The translations under genes and the position numbers were made by a program. DNA of 64,000 nt from an uncultured Ignavibacteriales bacterium. GTDB lineage: Bacteria; Zixibacteria; MSB-5A5; GN15; FEB-12. The number at the start of each line of letters is the position of its first letter. Positions within the stretch are counted from its first letter, which is position 1. The notes under the pieces were generated by a model. The model was not told the DNA's origin, did no database searches, and saw only the letters and a list, made by a program, of their open reading frames with translations. Location of the stretch: NCBI GenBank assembly GCA_964464605.1, contig CAYXJN010000005.1:186001-250000 (forward strand), written 5' to 3'. Below are positions 36,851 to 46,582 of the stretch, piece after piece.

Positions 36851-37498
36851 ATGGAATACCGGATTGAAAAAATGACCGTTGGCGTTCGCGGAGAAGCGAA
36901 CCTTATCATTTCTGACATGGAAGAACCTTTTCCGGTTTCGGATGAAACGGTGTTCGAATACCGGTTAAAAGCGGGAATTGTCCTTACCGTTTCACAGCTT
37001 GATGCCATAAAAAAAGCATCGGAAAAATATCGCTGCGACCGTGAAACCGCACGGTTGTTGTCGCAACGGGATCACAGCACCGGTGAAATCCGCGCCAAGC
37101 TGAAACGAAAAGGATTTACGCAGGAATCGATTCAGATTGCGGTAAAACGGTATCTGGCATCGGGTGTTCTCGATGATGCCCGTATCGGCCGGAAAATAGC
37201 TGAGGATCTGCTGTCGCGTCGTCCGTGCGGACGGGATTTTTTAATCGCCTACCTGCAGAAAAAACTGATTCCACGGGAATTGGCGGTGGAAATCGCCCAG
37301 GATATAACGGTCTCAGAACCGGAGCTGGAACGCGCCCGCCGCGCCCTTGAAACGCGCTGGCGCAGACTGAAGGATTTTGAACTTGAGACTGCCCGTACAA
37401 AAGCCTATACATATCTGGCCCGCCGGGGATTTTCCTATGATTCCGCGCGTGCCGTATTTGCTGAATTGTGGAAAATGGAAACATCCGAAACAAAATGA
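36851..37498 (+). CDS. recX: Regulatory protein RecX
   Basis: LLSQRDHSTGEIRAKL.RKGF, LDDAR, YLARRGFS; upstream of alaS. Confidence 0.9.
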   Translation: MEYRIEKMTVGVRGEANLIISDMEEPFPVSDETVFEYRLKAGIVLTVSQLDAIKKASEKYRCDRETARLLSQRDHSTGEIRAKLKRKGFTQESIQIAVKRYLASGVLDDARIGRKIAEDLLSRRPCGRDFLIAYLQKKLIPRELAVEIAQDITVSEPELERARRALETRWRRLKDFELETARTKAYTYLARRGFSYDSARAVFAELWKMETSETK

Positions 37499-40143
37499 AA
37501 ACAACTGCTGATATTCGACAATCATTTATCGACTTTTTCGCCGCTCGCGGTCACCGGATTGTGCCCTCCTCGCCGGTCATTCCGCACAATGACCCGACGC
37601 TGTTGTTCACCAATGCCGGAATGAACCAGTTCAAAGATATTTTTACCGGCAAAAGCAAAGCGGATTTTCCGCGCGCGGTCAGCTCGCAAAAGTGTATCCG
37701 TGCCGGCGGAAAACATAACGATCTCGATAATGTCGGCTTCACGGCGCGACATCACACCTTTTTTGAAATGCTCGGTAACTTTTCATTCGGCGATTATTTC
37801 AAAGAAGAAGCGATTGTTTATGCCTGGGAGTGGGTGACCAAAGAACTCGGTTTACCGAAAGATAAGCTCTATGCCTCGGTGTATGAAACCGATGATGAAG
37901 CCTTTGAACTTTGGGCGAAAATCGCGCCGGAACTCAAAAACGGACGCATCCTTCGGTTCGGCAAAAAAGATAACTACTGGACGATGGGGGATGTTGGTCC
38001 ATGCGGTCCCTGTTCGGAAATTCATATCGACCGCGGTGAAAAATACGGCACTGGAAAACAAGATGTCGTCAACGGTGAGACCGACCGCTTCATGGAAATC
38101 TGGAATCTGGTCTTCATGCAGTTCGAGCAATTGCCGGATGGGAGCGTGGTGCCATTGCCGAAACCTTCAGTCGATACTGGCGCCGGATTAGAGCGGATAG
38201 CATCTGTCATTCAGCATGTCGACACGAATTTTGGTATCGATATTTTCCAGAAAATTATTGCCGATATCGCCACCCATTCGAAGGTCGATTATAAGAAGAA
38301 TCAACCATCATATCATGTCATAGCCGATCACTTACGCGCTTTGTCATTTGCTATTGCCGATGGCGCCGGAATTTCGAATGAAGGGCAGGGGTATGTACTC
38401 CGCCGTATTTTGCGGCGTGCGGCGCGGCATGGCCGTCTTTTAGGCATGAACGATCCATTTATGTTTTCATTAGTTCCGACTTTGGTGAACACGATGGGTG
38501 CGGCGTATCCGGAATTGCAGGAAAAGCAGCGGCATATTCAGAATGTCATCCGCACAGAAGAGGAAGCATTTGCCCGTACGCTCGAAAATGGTTTAGAATT
38601 GTTTGAGTCGGTGAAAAAACGGGCTGCATCAGCCGGTACCAAAGTTGTTCCGGGTGAGGATGTTTTCAAACTCTACGACACGTACGGTTTCCCGTACGAC
38701 TTGACGGAAATTATCGCTAAAGAAGCAGGTTTCTCGCTTGACCAGCAAGGATTCGAAACAGCGATGAACCGTCAGCGGGAACAGTCGCGTGAATCATCGA
38801 AGTTTTCCTCCGCTAAAGGGAGCGGTATTGCTCAACGCATCAATGACGTTTTGCGAGAAAAACAGCCGAAAGGAAGCGGCACGGAGTTTCTGCGCGGTAC
38901 ATCCAGCGCGAAAAGCAAAGCGACTTTTGCAACTACGTTTGAAATTGATGACAATGCAATCGGTGTCATCATTCCAGAAACGACACCGTTCTATTTGGAA
39001 TCAGGTGGACAGATTAGCGATACCGGAACGATCAGCGGTGATGGATGGACTCTCAACGTCGAACTGCTGATGCGGCATGAATCTGGAATAGTCCATGCCG
39101 GTACAGTGTCAGGAAATGCTTCGGCGCTTGATTCAGCAACCGGTAAAGAAGTCACACTCACCATCGATGCCGACCGCCGTAACGATATTATGCGTAACCA
39201 CACCGCAACACACTTGCTGCATGCTGCCCTTCGAACAGTGTTGGGAACGCATGTAAAACAGGCGGGTTCATATGTCGGCCCGGACAGATTGCGTTTCGAC
39301 TTTTCACATCACGCACCGGTCAGCGCCGATGAAACAAAACGAATTGAAGAAATAGTAAATAGCGAAATCATCAAAGGGACGCCGGTGGTTACCGATGTCA
39401 TGGATGTCGAATCCGCCAAGAAAACCGGCGCGATGGCATTGTTCGGTGAAAAGTATGGTGATAAAGTCCGGGTCGTTTCGATCAATGGTTTTTCCAAAGA
39501 ATTGTGCGGCGGTACACATGTTGAAAATGTCGGGCAAATTGGCCCGTTTGTGGTAACGGTGGAAGCTGGTGTTGCTTCCGGTGTTCGTCGTATTGAAGCA
39601 GTCACTGGCCATGAAGGAATCAGTTATTTACTCGATGCCAAAGCGTTTCGTGGTCGTGTCGCCGAAGCTGTCGGTCGTTCGCAGCAGGATGCGCTTTCCG
39701 GTGTCGAATCGCTCCGTGAATCGAACCAGCAATTGCAAAAAGAATTGAAAAAAGTCCGTCTGGAAATGTTCTCGCACACCACTTCGATCGGTACTGAAGA
39801 AAAAATCGGTTCGATAGTTTTGATGACGCATAGTTTCGGTGATGCCGACAAAGATGCGATGTCCGCTTGGGTGGATTCACTGCGTGAAGGCGCTAATCCG
39901 ATAATCGTGGTAGCGCACGGCAAAGTCGGCGGCAAAGAAACGGTTATGACCGGTGTGAGTGCGACAGCATCGAAGGCAGCCGGAGTGGATGCGGGTAAAT
40001 TGCTCGGGCAAATTCTTCCGCAGTTCGGCGGCAGGGGAGGCGGCAAGCCGACCTACGCACAGGGTGCGGTAGCTGACAACACTGATTCGACACAATTGTT
40101 TGCCGCATTCAAGGATGTGCTGGCAAAGAACGGGAAGGGATAA
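37495..40143 (+). CDS. alaS: Alanine--tRNA ligase
   Basis: DPTLLFTNAGMNQFK, HHTFFEMLGNFSFGDYFK, HTATHLLH, ELCGGTH, GGRGGG; ATGA overlap with recX. Confidence 0.98.
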   Translation: MKTTADIRQSFIDFFAARGHRIVPSSPVIPHNDPTLLFTNAGMNQFKDIFTGKSKADFPRAVSSQKCIRAGGKHNDLDNVGFTARHHTFFEMLGNFSFGDYFKEEAIVYAWEWVTKELGLPKDKLYASVYETDDEAFELWAKIAPELKNGRILRFGKKDNYWTMGDVGPCGPCSEIHIDRGEKYGTGKQDVVNGETDRFMEIWNLVFMQFEQLPDGSVVPLPKPSVDTGAGLERIASVIQHVDTNFGIDIFQKIIADIATHSKVDYKKNQPSYHVIADHLRALSFAIADGAGISNEGQGYVLRRILRRAARHGRLLGMNDPFMFSLVPTLVNTMGAAYPELQEKQRHIQNVIRTEEEAFARTLENGLELFESVKKRAASAGTKVVPGEDVFKLYDTYGFPYDLTEIIAKEAGFSLDQQGFETAMNRQREQSRESSKFSSAKGSGIAQRINDVLREKQPKGSGTEFLRGTSSAKSKATFATTFEIDDNAIGVIIPETTPFYLESGGQISDTGTISGDGWTLNVELLMRHESGIVHAGTVSGNASALDSATGKEVTLTIDADRRNDIMRNHTATHLLHAALRTVLGTHVKQAGSYVGPDRLRFDFSHHAPVSADETKRIEEIVNSEIIKGTPVVTDVMDVESAKKTGAMALFGEKYGDKVRVVSINGFSKELCGGTHVENVGQIGPFVVTVEAGVASGVRRIEAVTGHEGISYLLDAKAFRGRVAEAVGRSQQDALSGVESLRESNQQLQKELKKVRLEMFSHTTSIGTEEKIGSIVLMTHSFGDADKDAMSAWVDSLREGANPIIVVAHGKVGGKETVMTGVSATASKAAGVDAGKLLGQILPQFGGRGGGKPTYAQGAVADNTDSTQLFAAFKDVLAKNGKG

Positions 40144-40144
40144 C

Positions 40145-40912
40145 ATGGGTGCAGAAAACGTTTTTAACCGGTTGCTGAAAGCACGCGATGAGCAAGGCGG
40201 CGCGTTTTTGCTGTTGCTTGATCCGGATAAATTATCGTTGCGGCAAAGTCTTGAACTCACTGAAGCGGCTGCCGAGTGCGGCGTGGATGCGCTCTTAGTC
40301 GGCAGCAGTTTTGTGTTGAGCGGCAACTGGCAGGAATCGGTAAAACAGATTAAAACGAAAACCAATCTCCCCGTCATTATTTTCCCCGGTTCCTTTGCGC
40401 AGATCACGCCGCATGCTGATGCGATTCTGTTTTCTTCGCTTATTTCCGGTCGCAATCCGAATTATTTGATCGATGAGCAGATGAAAGGTGCACCACTGGT
40501 GAAACGATTCGGTCTGGAACCGATTCCGACAGCGTACATGCTTATCGAATCTGGCTCATATACTTCAGTCCAATACATTTCTCACACTGAACCGATACCC
40601 AGTACTAAACATGATATCGCCTGCGCGCATGCATTGGCGGCGCAATACTTAGGTATGAAAACTGTCTATTTGGAAGCCGGTTCCGGTGCCGCCAATCCAG
40701 TGCCGGTCGAAATGGTGCAGGCGGTTTCGAGTTATATCGATATCCCTGTTATTGTCGGCGGCGGATTGCGTACGCCGAATGATGCTGCCGAGCGTATCGC
40801 GGCGGGAGCATCATTCATAGTGATGGGAAATTCCCTTGAATCAGATCCTGATTTTTCCTATTTACGAGAATTAACCAATGCGGCACATCCGGGAGCAACT
40901 GTATCAGCATGA
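40145..40912 (+). CDS. Geranylgeranylglyceryl/heptaprenylglyceryl phosphate synthase (group II GGGPS-like)
   Basis: LLDPDK, LVGSS, IIFPG, SLISGRNPNYLI, YLEAGSGA, VGGG. Confidence 0.9.
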   Translation: MGAENVFNRLLKARDEQGGAFLLLLDPDKLSLRQSLELTEAAAECGVDALLVGSSFVLSGNWQESVKQIKTKTNLPVIIFPGSFAQITPHADAILFSSLISGRNPNYLIDEQMKGAPLVKRFGLEPIPTAYMLIESGSYTSVQYISHTEPIPSTKHDIACAHALAAQYLGMKTVYLEAGSGAANPVPVEMVQAVSSYIDIPVIVGGGLRTPNDAAERIAAGASFIVMGNSLESDPDFSYLRELTNAAHPGATVSA

Positions 40913-41499
40913 TGAACCATGACAAATTGAAGCATATTAAAGATATTTACGAAAGCACCATCATCAACCGACGTGCGACGTTCGAAGCGCTCGGGCAAAA
41001 AACTATTGATTTGGCGGTCATTATCGCCGGGGTGCTTGGATCGCGTCACAAAATTTTAATCGCCGGAAACGGCGGTTCGGCAGCGGATGCTTCCCACTTT
41101 GCTGCGGAGTTTGTCGTCAGATTGTCAAGCGAACGAAACCGCCAGGCGTTACCCGCGATTTCGCTTTCGGCGGACCCCTCGGTCATTACCGCCACCGGCA
41201 ATGATTACGGGTTCGAGCAGATTTTCGCTCGCCAAGTCGAAGCGCTCGGAGTCAAAGGGGATATGCTGATCGTCATTTCCACTTCCGGCAATTCTCCCAA
41301 TTTAGTACGCGCCGTTATAACCGCGCGCGAGCGAGGATTGTTAACGGTCGGCCTGCTTGGTGGTACCGGCGGCAAACTTGGCACACTCGTTGACCGTGCG
41401 TTGATTGTGCCGCATCCGTCTACCCAGCGAATTCAGGAAGAACAGATTCTGTTGATTCACACCCTTGTTGAACTGGTTGAAAGTGATCTGATGAAATGA
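40909..41499 (+). CDS. gmhA: Phosphoheptose isomerase (SIS domain)
   Basis: GNGGSAADASHFAAE, NDYG, FARQV, STSGNS, IQE...H. Confidence 0.92.
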   Translation: MMNHDKLKHIKDIYESTIINRRATFEALGQKTIDLAVIIAGVLGSRHKILIAGNGGSAADASHFAAEFVVRLSSERNRQALPAISLSADPSVITATGNDYGFEQIFARQVEALGVKGDMLIVISTSGNSPNLVRAVITARERGLLTVGLLGGTGGKLGTLVDRALIVPHPSTQRIQEEQILLIHTLVELVESDLMK

Positions 41500-42761
41500 A
41501 CGCCTCGCGTTCTCTGTTATCCTCCGCTGTCGCACTCACCTTCGCACTTTTCTTACTCGGCACAACCTTCTCAATCGCCTTTTCCCAGTCGATGATGGTG
41601 GCATCGTTACTCTTATTTGTCGTTGTTTCCATTCGAGATCGACATAATCCGTTTGCAGGGGAATTGAAATCTGTCTATCTCGTTATCGGTGCGTTTGTAC
41701 TCTGGGAAATCGTTACGGCATTGGCAGGCGCTACACCGCTGCGTTCCCTTAACCTCATGCGTGAGGAATGGCTTTTCCTGATTATCCCGGTCGGTATTTG
41801 GGTATTGCAAAAACCGGAGTATCAGAGTTGGTGTTTCAGGTTATTGTTATTCGGTGTTGTCTTGATAGGAATATATGGCCTGTTTCAGCACTTCACCGGG
41901 ATGGACTTGTATAAAGGGAAACAACTTCCTCCAGCCAAAGATTTCGGATATTTAATCTCCGGCACGTTTGTTCAGCGAATGACCTTTGCGAATTACTATG
42001 CCATAACCGGCGTGCTTCTAGTTGCGCTCGGTTGTTCAAAGAAAATGTCCATGACAAAAATTCCATACTGGGTTTGGATTGCTGTTGGTGTGTTGTCGTT
42101 GACCGTCGCATCATTGACTTTTGTTCGCGGTGCGATTAGCGCGTATATCATCGGTTTAACTGTCCTCGGATTTTTACTCTCGTTCAAACACGGGGTTCGC
42201 ATTGTAGCGTTACTTGCCATATCGCTCGGTGCGTTCGTATTGGTTAAACCGGGATTAATCGGAAAGTTCACTTCTACCATCACGGAAGAACAGGATGGCA
42301 ACCGCGTAATGAGCCGACGATTTATTTGGGGGCATACGTTCGATATGATCGCTGACCGACCACTTTTGGGTTTAGGCGCGGGGAATTTTACGGCGGAGTA
42401 TATTACGCGGCTCCCCGAAACAGCGCCGGAGAAATCAAAGCATTCTCATCCGCACGATGACTTACTTAACGTCGCGGCTGTTTCCGGTTTGCCGGGGGCA
42501 GTGCTGTTTATTGCCATGTGGTTTGTCGTGCTGAGGGCGATCTGGAGAAAGCGGAAGGAAAACCCGTTCGGTATCGCAGCGCTGGCTGCATCAGTCACTT
42601 TTTTAGCGGCCTCGGTGACCGAGGCGACATTCGTGGACGAGGAAGTGCGCCAACTGCTTATGGCAGTCTGGGCATTTGGACTTTTCCCTTATTTTGCGGT
42701 AAAATCACAAGAGAAACCGGACGGGGAAAACAGCTTGACAGGCCCCCCCGTAAACGGTTGA
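41496..42761 (+). CDS. O-antigen ligase (Wzy_C) family membrane protein
   Basis: Multi-TM; TFVRGA; RRFIW; PLLGLGAGNF; HPHDD variant of H.HN. Confidence 0.85.
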   Translation: MNASRSLLSSAVALTFALFLLGTTFSIAFSQSMMVASLLLFVVVSIRDRHNPFAGELKSVYLVIGAFVLWEIVTALAGATPLRSLNLMREEWLFLIIPVGIWVLQKPEYQSWCFRLLLFGVVLIGIYGLFQHFTGMDLYKGKQLPPAKDFGYLISGTFVQRMTFANYYAITGVLLVALGCSKKMSMTKIPYWVWIAVGVLSLTVASLTFVRGAISAYIIGLTVLGFLLSFKHGVRIVALLAISLGAFVLVKPGLIGKFTSTITEEQDGNRVMSRRFIWGHTFDMIADRPLLGLGAGNFTAEYITRLPETAPEKSKHSHPHDDLLNVAAVSGLPGAVLFIAMWFVVLRAIWRKRKENPFGIAALAASVTFLAASVTEATFVDEEVRQLLMAVWAFGLFPYFAVKSQEKPDGENSLTGPPVNG

Positions 42762-42777
42762 TTAGCAGTCTAATTTT

Positions 42778-43059
42778 ATGGCAAAACCGACACCAAAACC
42801 GACCCGCAAAGACAATCCGGAAGTCTCTGTCAATGAAGAGATTCGCTGGCCGTTTGGACGCAAGAATTACCTCATGTTCGGGGTAGCTTTGCTGGTTATT
42901 ATTATCGGCTATGTCTTACTCGCGCAGGGTTCAATCACCATGGCGCCGCTGTTGTTGGTAATCGGGTACTGCGTACTGGTTCCGGTTGCCATTATGATCA
43001 AAGACAACACAGTGTATGCTGACCGACCGGCTGCGAACGACAGTCCGGATACGCCGTAG
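42778..43059 (+). CDS. DUF3098-like small membrane protein
   Basis: PFGRKNY...IGYVLL...ITMAPLLLVIGY pattern. Confidence 0.75.
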   Translation: MAKPTPKPTRKDNPEVSVNEEIRWPFGRKNYLMFGVALLVIIIGYVLLAQGSITMAPLLLVIGYCVLVPVAIMIKDNTVYADRPAANDSPDTP

Positions 43060-43213
43060 CCGTATTTCCCCAAACTAAACTTTCCATCATGAATACATCA
43101 GATACTAACTTAGTACTCATTGTGCAATCTTTCACAAATATCCGGTATGCGGAATCTTCCACCGGTATATCTGCATTTTACTCCGCAGGCCGTTGAATAG
43201 AGGAGAATAGATC

Positions 43214-44812
43214 GTGTCATCACCTGTAAAAAGCAGCTATGGTCTTTCCAATCATGGCATCACAGGAACAAAGGCGGAACATTGGAATTTTACGCCGGCT
43301 ATGTTGTACGAAGAAGCTGTTCGCCGCGGCGAAGCACAGATAGCCGAGCATGGTCCGCTTTGCGTGAAAACCGCTCCCCACACCGGGCGTGCCGCGCAGG
43401 ATAAGTTTGTCGTAGAAGAAGAAACCACCAAACAGAATGTGTGGTGGGGAAAAGTTAATAAGCCGATTTCCGAAGCACAGTTCGATCAGTTGCTTGCAAA
43501 AATGCAGAAATACGTGCAAGGAAAAGAGTTGTTTGTACAGGATATGTTCGCCGGGTACGACCCGCGCTACCGCGTTCCTATTCGTGTTATCACCGAACAG
43601 GCGTGGCACAATTTGTTTGCGCGGAATATGTTTATCCGTGCCAACAATGAAGAATTAGCTAAACATGTTCCGGAATACACGGTCTTTCAGGTGCCGAGTT
43701 TCAAGGCCGATCCGAAAGTGGACGGCACCCGCACCGAAACGTTCATTCTGTTGAATCTCAAAAAGAAACTGGTCATTATCGGCGGTACGCTCTATGGCGG
43801 CGAAATCAAGAAATCGATTTTTACGATTATGAATTATCGTTTACCGATGACCGGCACGATGTCGATGCACTGTTCCGCCAATGTCGGCGATGCCGGTGAT
43901 GTCGCCGTCTTTTTCGGCCTTTCCGGTACCGGCAAAACCACATTGTCTGCCGATCCGAATCGTAAATTGATCGGTGATGATGAACATGGCTGGAGCGATA
44001 AAGGGGTCTTCAATTTCGAAGGCGGCTGCTACGCGAAAGTTATCAACCTGTCGAAAGAATCCGAACCGGAAATCTACGCGACTACCAGAACGTTCGGATC
44101 GATTATCGAAAACGTGGTCTATGATCCGATTTCCCGTAAACTTGATCTGAATGATTCCTCGATTACTGAAAATACCCGTTCAGCTTATCCGATCGATATG
44201 ATTCCGAACGCGCTTCCGGAAAGTATGGCCGGACATCCGAAAAATGTCATCATGCTCACCGCCGATGCTTTCGGCGTATTGCCTCCGATCGCGCGATTGA
44301 CACCGGAACAGGCGATGTACCATTTCATTTCCGGTTACACAGCCAAAGTCGCTGGAACAGAAGCAGGCGTGAAGGAACCGACCGCAACCTTCTCGACTTG
44401 TTTCGGTGCGCCGTTTATGGTGCTGCACCCGAGCAAATACGCCACGCTGTTGGCTGAAAAAGTCAAACAGCAGAATGCAACCTGCTGGTTAGTGAATACC
44501 GGATGGAGCGGTGGGCCGTATGGCATTGGCAAACGCATGTCGATCAAATACACCCGCGCATTATTGAATGCCGCGCTGGATGGTTCGCTCAATAAAGCGA
44601 CCTTCGAAAAAGACCCGGTTTTCGGGGTGGAAGTTCCGACCTCATGTTCGGGCGTCCCTGCCGAAATTTTGAAACCGCGCAACACATGGGATGATAAAGC
44701 GGCCTATGATGCCAAAGCTGCTCATCTGGCGAAGTTGTTCCATGAAAACTTCGAGCAGTTCGCAGACGGCACTCCGGACGCTATCCGCAATGCCGGTCCG
44801 ATTCTCAAATAA
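43214..44812 (+). CDS. pckA: Phosphoenolpyruvate carboxykinase (ATP)
   Basis: YGGEIKK, MHCSAN, GLSGTGKTTLS, IGDDEHGW, NFEGGCYAK. Confidence 0.98.
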   Translation: MSSPVKSSYGLSNHGITGTKAEHWNFTPAMLYEEAVRRGEAQIAEHGPLCVKTAPHTGRAAQDKFVVEEETTKQNVWWGKVNKPISEAQFDQLLAKMQKYVQGKELFVQDMFAGYDPRYRVPIRVITEQAWHNLFARNMFIRANNEELAKHVPEYTVFQVPSFKADPKVDGTRTETFILLNLKKKLVIIGGTLYGGEIKKSIFTIMNYRLPMTGTMSMHCSANVGDAGDVAVFFGLSGTGKTTLSADPNRKLIGDDEHGWSDKGVFNFEGGCYAKVINLSKESEPEIYATTRTFGSIIENVVYDPISRKLDLNDSSITENTRSAYPIDMIPNALPESMAGHPKNVIMLTADAFGVLPPIARLTPEQAMYHFISGYTAKVAGTEAGVKEPTATFSTCFGAPFMVLHPSKYATLLAEKVKQQNATCWLVNTGWSGGPYGIGKRMSIKYTRALLNAALDGSLNKATFEKDPVFGVEVPTSCSGVPAEILKPRNTWDDKAAYDAKAAHLAKLFHENFEQFADGTPDAIRNAGPILK

Positions 44813-44831
44813 GCACACAGACATTTTGCTG

Positions 44832-44870
44832 AAAAAAGGGAAGCGCCAAAAGCGCTTCCTTTTTGTTTTT
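44832..44870 (+). terminator. Rho-independent (bidirectional-type) terminator
   Basis: aaaaaagggaagcgc-caaaa-gcgcttcctttttgtttt. Confidence 0.85.
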
Positions 44871-44934
44871 TAGGCGATCTCAGCACTACATCGCGAATAA
44901 CAATAAATATGTATTGACAAACGATAAATAATGG

Positions 44935-44956
44935 TTATTCATGTAAACATGAATAA
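44935..44956. promoter_or_regulatory. Palindromic operator overlapping the promoter of the DUF2975/HTH pair
   Basis: TTATTCATGT-aa-ACATGAATAA, just downstream of TTGACA at 44914. Confidence 0.6.
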
Positions 44957-44972
44957 TACAAAAGCCCCATTT

Positions 44973-45455
44973 ATGAAAAGAAGCTCCACGGCATTTCTTC
45001 AGGTAGTAATCGTGCTCATCGGTATCGGTGTTCTCACTCTTATGCTTTGGGAACCGCATCTTGAAGGCAGGAATGTGAATGCCACGACCTTTGAGATTTA
45101 CTTCAATGATCCTTTTTTGGCGTATGCATATATCGCTTCAATTTCTTTTTTCGCGGCATTGTATCAAGCATTCAAGGTGTTGGGATACATAGGACGGAAT
45201 GAAATATTTTCACATCGTGCTGTGAAAGCCTTGCGGATGATAAAATACTGCGCGATTGCCCTTGTCGCGTTTATTGTAGGAGCAGAAGCCTATTTCTTTA
45301 TAGTTCAGCGCGGAAAGGATGACATTGCAGGCGGTGTTGCAATGGGTCTTGCTATGATTTTTATCTCTGTCGTAGTCGCCGCTGCCGCGGCCGTGTTTGA
45401 GCGGCTTTTACAAAATGCTGTGGATATAAAGTCCGAAAACGACTTAACGGTATAA
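44973..45455 (+). CDS. DUF2975 (YoaS-like) membrane protein
   Basis: MKRSSTAFL...; 4 TMs; C-terminal AVDIKSENDLTV. Confidence 0.9.
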   Translation: MKRSSTAFLQVVIVLIGIGVLTLMLWEPHLEGRNVNATTFEIYFNDPFLAYAYIASISFFAALYQAFKVLGYIGRNEIFSHRAVKALRMIKYCAIALVAFIVGAEAYFFIVQRGKDDIAGGVAMGLAMIFISVVVAAAAAVFERLLQNAVDIKSENDLTV

Positions 45456-45465
45456 CCAAACCAGC

Positions 45466-45666
45466 ATGGCAATTATCATTACTATCGACGTCATGTTGGC
45501 GAAGCGGAAGATGAGTGTCACCGAGCTCGCTGAGAAAGTCGGCATCACCATGGCTAACATTTCCATCTTGAAAAATGGCAAGGCAAAAGCGATCCGATTG
45601 TCAACATTGGAAGCGATTTGCAAAGCGTTGGAATGCCAGCCCGGAGATATTTTGGAATACACGTAG
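45466..45666 (+). CDS. XRE-family HTH regulator (YozG-like)
   Basis: IDVMLAKRKMSVTELAEKVGITMANISILKNGKAKAIRLSTL...CQPGDIL. Confidence 0.95.
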   Translation: MAIIITIDVMLAKRKMSVTELAEKVGITMANISILKNGKAKAIRLSTLEAICKALECQPGDILEYT

Positions 45667-45681
45667 TCTACCCTTAGACGA

Positions 45682-46578
45682 TCAATAGCTAAGCTGAATG
45701 GCCTTAGGAGACCGCTTACCTCCTTCGACGCCTGTTTCAACATTGATGCGATTACTATATAGAGTATAGCTTAATACTTTTTCTGGAGGAATTACATGTG
45801 TTAACTGTTCAGAAGATCCATCTGGCTTTAAAACCCACAAATTACTCTCTTCAGAATTATCCCCAATATAAAATATCTTCCCCCCACTACTAGATGCATT
45901 TCGTGCTTGTGAAGTAGCAGATGCAAGCCGAAAGAGAGAATCAGACTGAATGTCATAAACCATAACGTATCTTTTGTTATTGCGTGTAAATACCTGTTGG
46001 TAACTCCCTTCATAGCAATCATAAAAAAGTAATGAGAAGTCTCGAGACATAGAATGCTCAAGTGATTGGTCGATAGTTCTAATAAGAACAAGACTATCGC
46101 GCTTAACTAATTGTTTTACTTCAAAATCACCGTAATCGACATTTTGAAATCTCCCAGAGAACATAGAGTCACGCAATGAAAAGAACAGATAGGCGAAATG
46201 ATTAAGCCAGTTTTGAGGGTGGCTATTGGGCAGCGAAAAAATAGTATCGTAGTGAATAGTAGGAGACAGACGAACAATTACAAGATATGTGGTCTGTTCG
46301 TCAACGGTTGTAAAAGCGAAACAATTAGTATCGCATACTTTAATATCTCGAATATACTGTGAATCTATAATTTCGAAACGACTGTCATCATAAGGATTCT
46401 GCCAGCGGGTAAAAAATGTTAAAGGTATAACAGACGATAGATCATTTGTTCTAACGGCTTTGCCATAACTTGGGCTAGCTGGAAGGATTACTGGAACTAA
46501 TTCTTTTGGAGGATCACCTTCTGCAAACTCCGTATTGAAAGTTATTGCAAAGAGGATCAATAATTTGACTATATACAA
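45682..46578 (-). CDS. Hypothetical AT-rich secreted protein with TolB-like propeller fragment
   Basis: Probable TTG start at 46578 giving a hydrophobic N-terminus; C-terminal GGKIFY...NLWVLKPDGSSEQLT. Confidence 0.55.
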   Translation of the reverse strand: MYIVKLLILFAITFNTEFAEGDPPKELVPVILPASPSYGKAVRTNDLSSVIPLTFFTRWQNPYDDSRFEIIDSQYIRDIKVCDTNCFAFTTVDEQTTYLVIVRLSPTIHYDTIFSLPNSHPQNWLNHFAYLFFSLRDSMFSGRFQNVDYGDFEVKQLVKRDSLVLIRTIDQSLEHSMSRDFSLLFYDCYEGSYQQVFTRNNKRYVMVYDIQSDSLFRLASATSQARNASSSGGKIFYIGDNSEESNLWVLKPDGSSEQLTHVIPPEKVLSYTLYSNRINVETGVEGGKRSPKAIQLSY

Positions 46579-46582
46579 TCGC

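Noticed and set aside
42735..42765. TTGACA followed by a C7 tract upstream of the DUF3098 gene as a second phase-variable promoter
   Set aside because: No convincing -10, short tract, and it lies within coding sequence.
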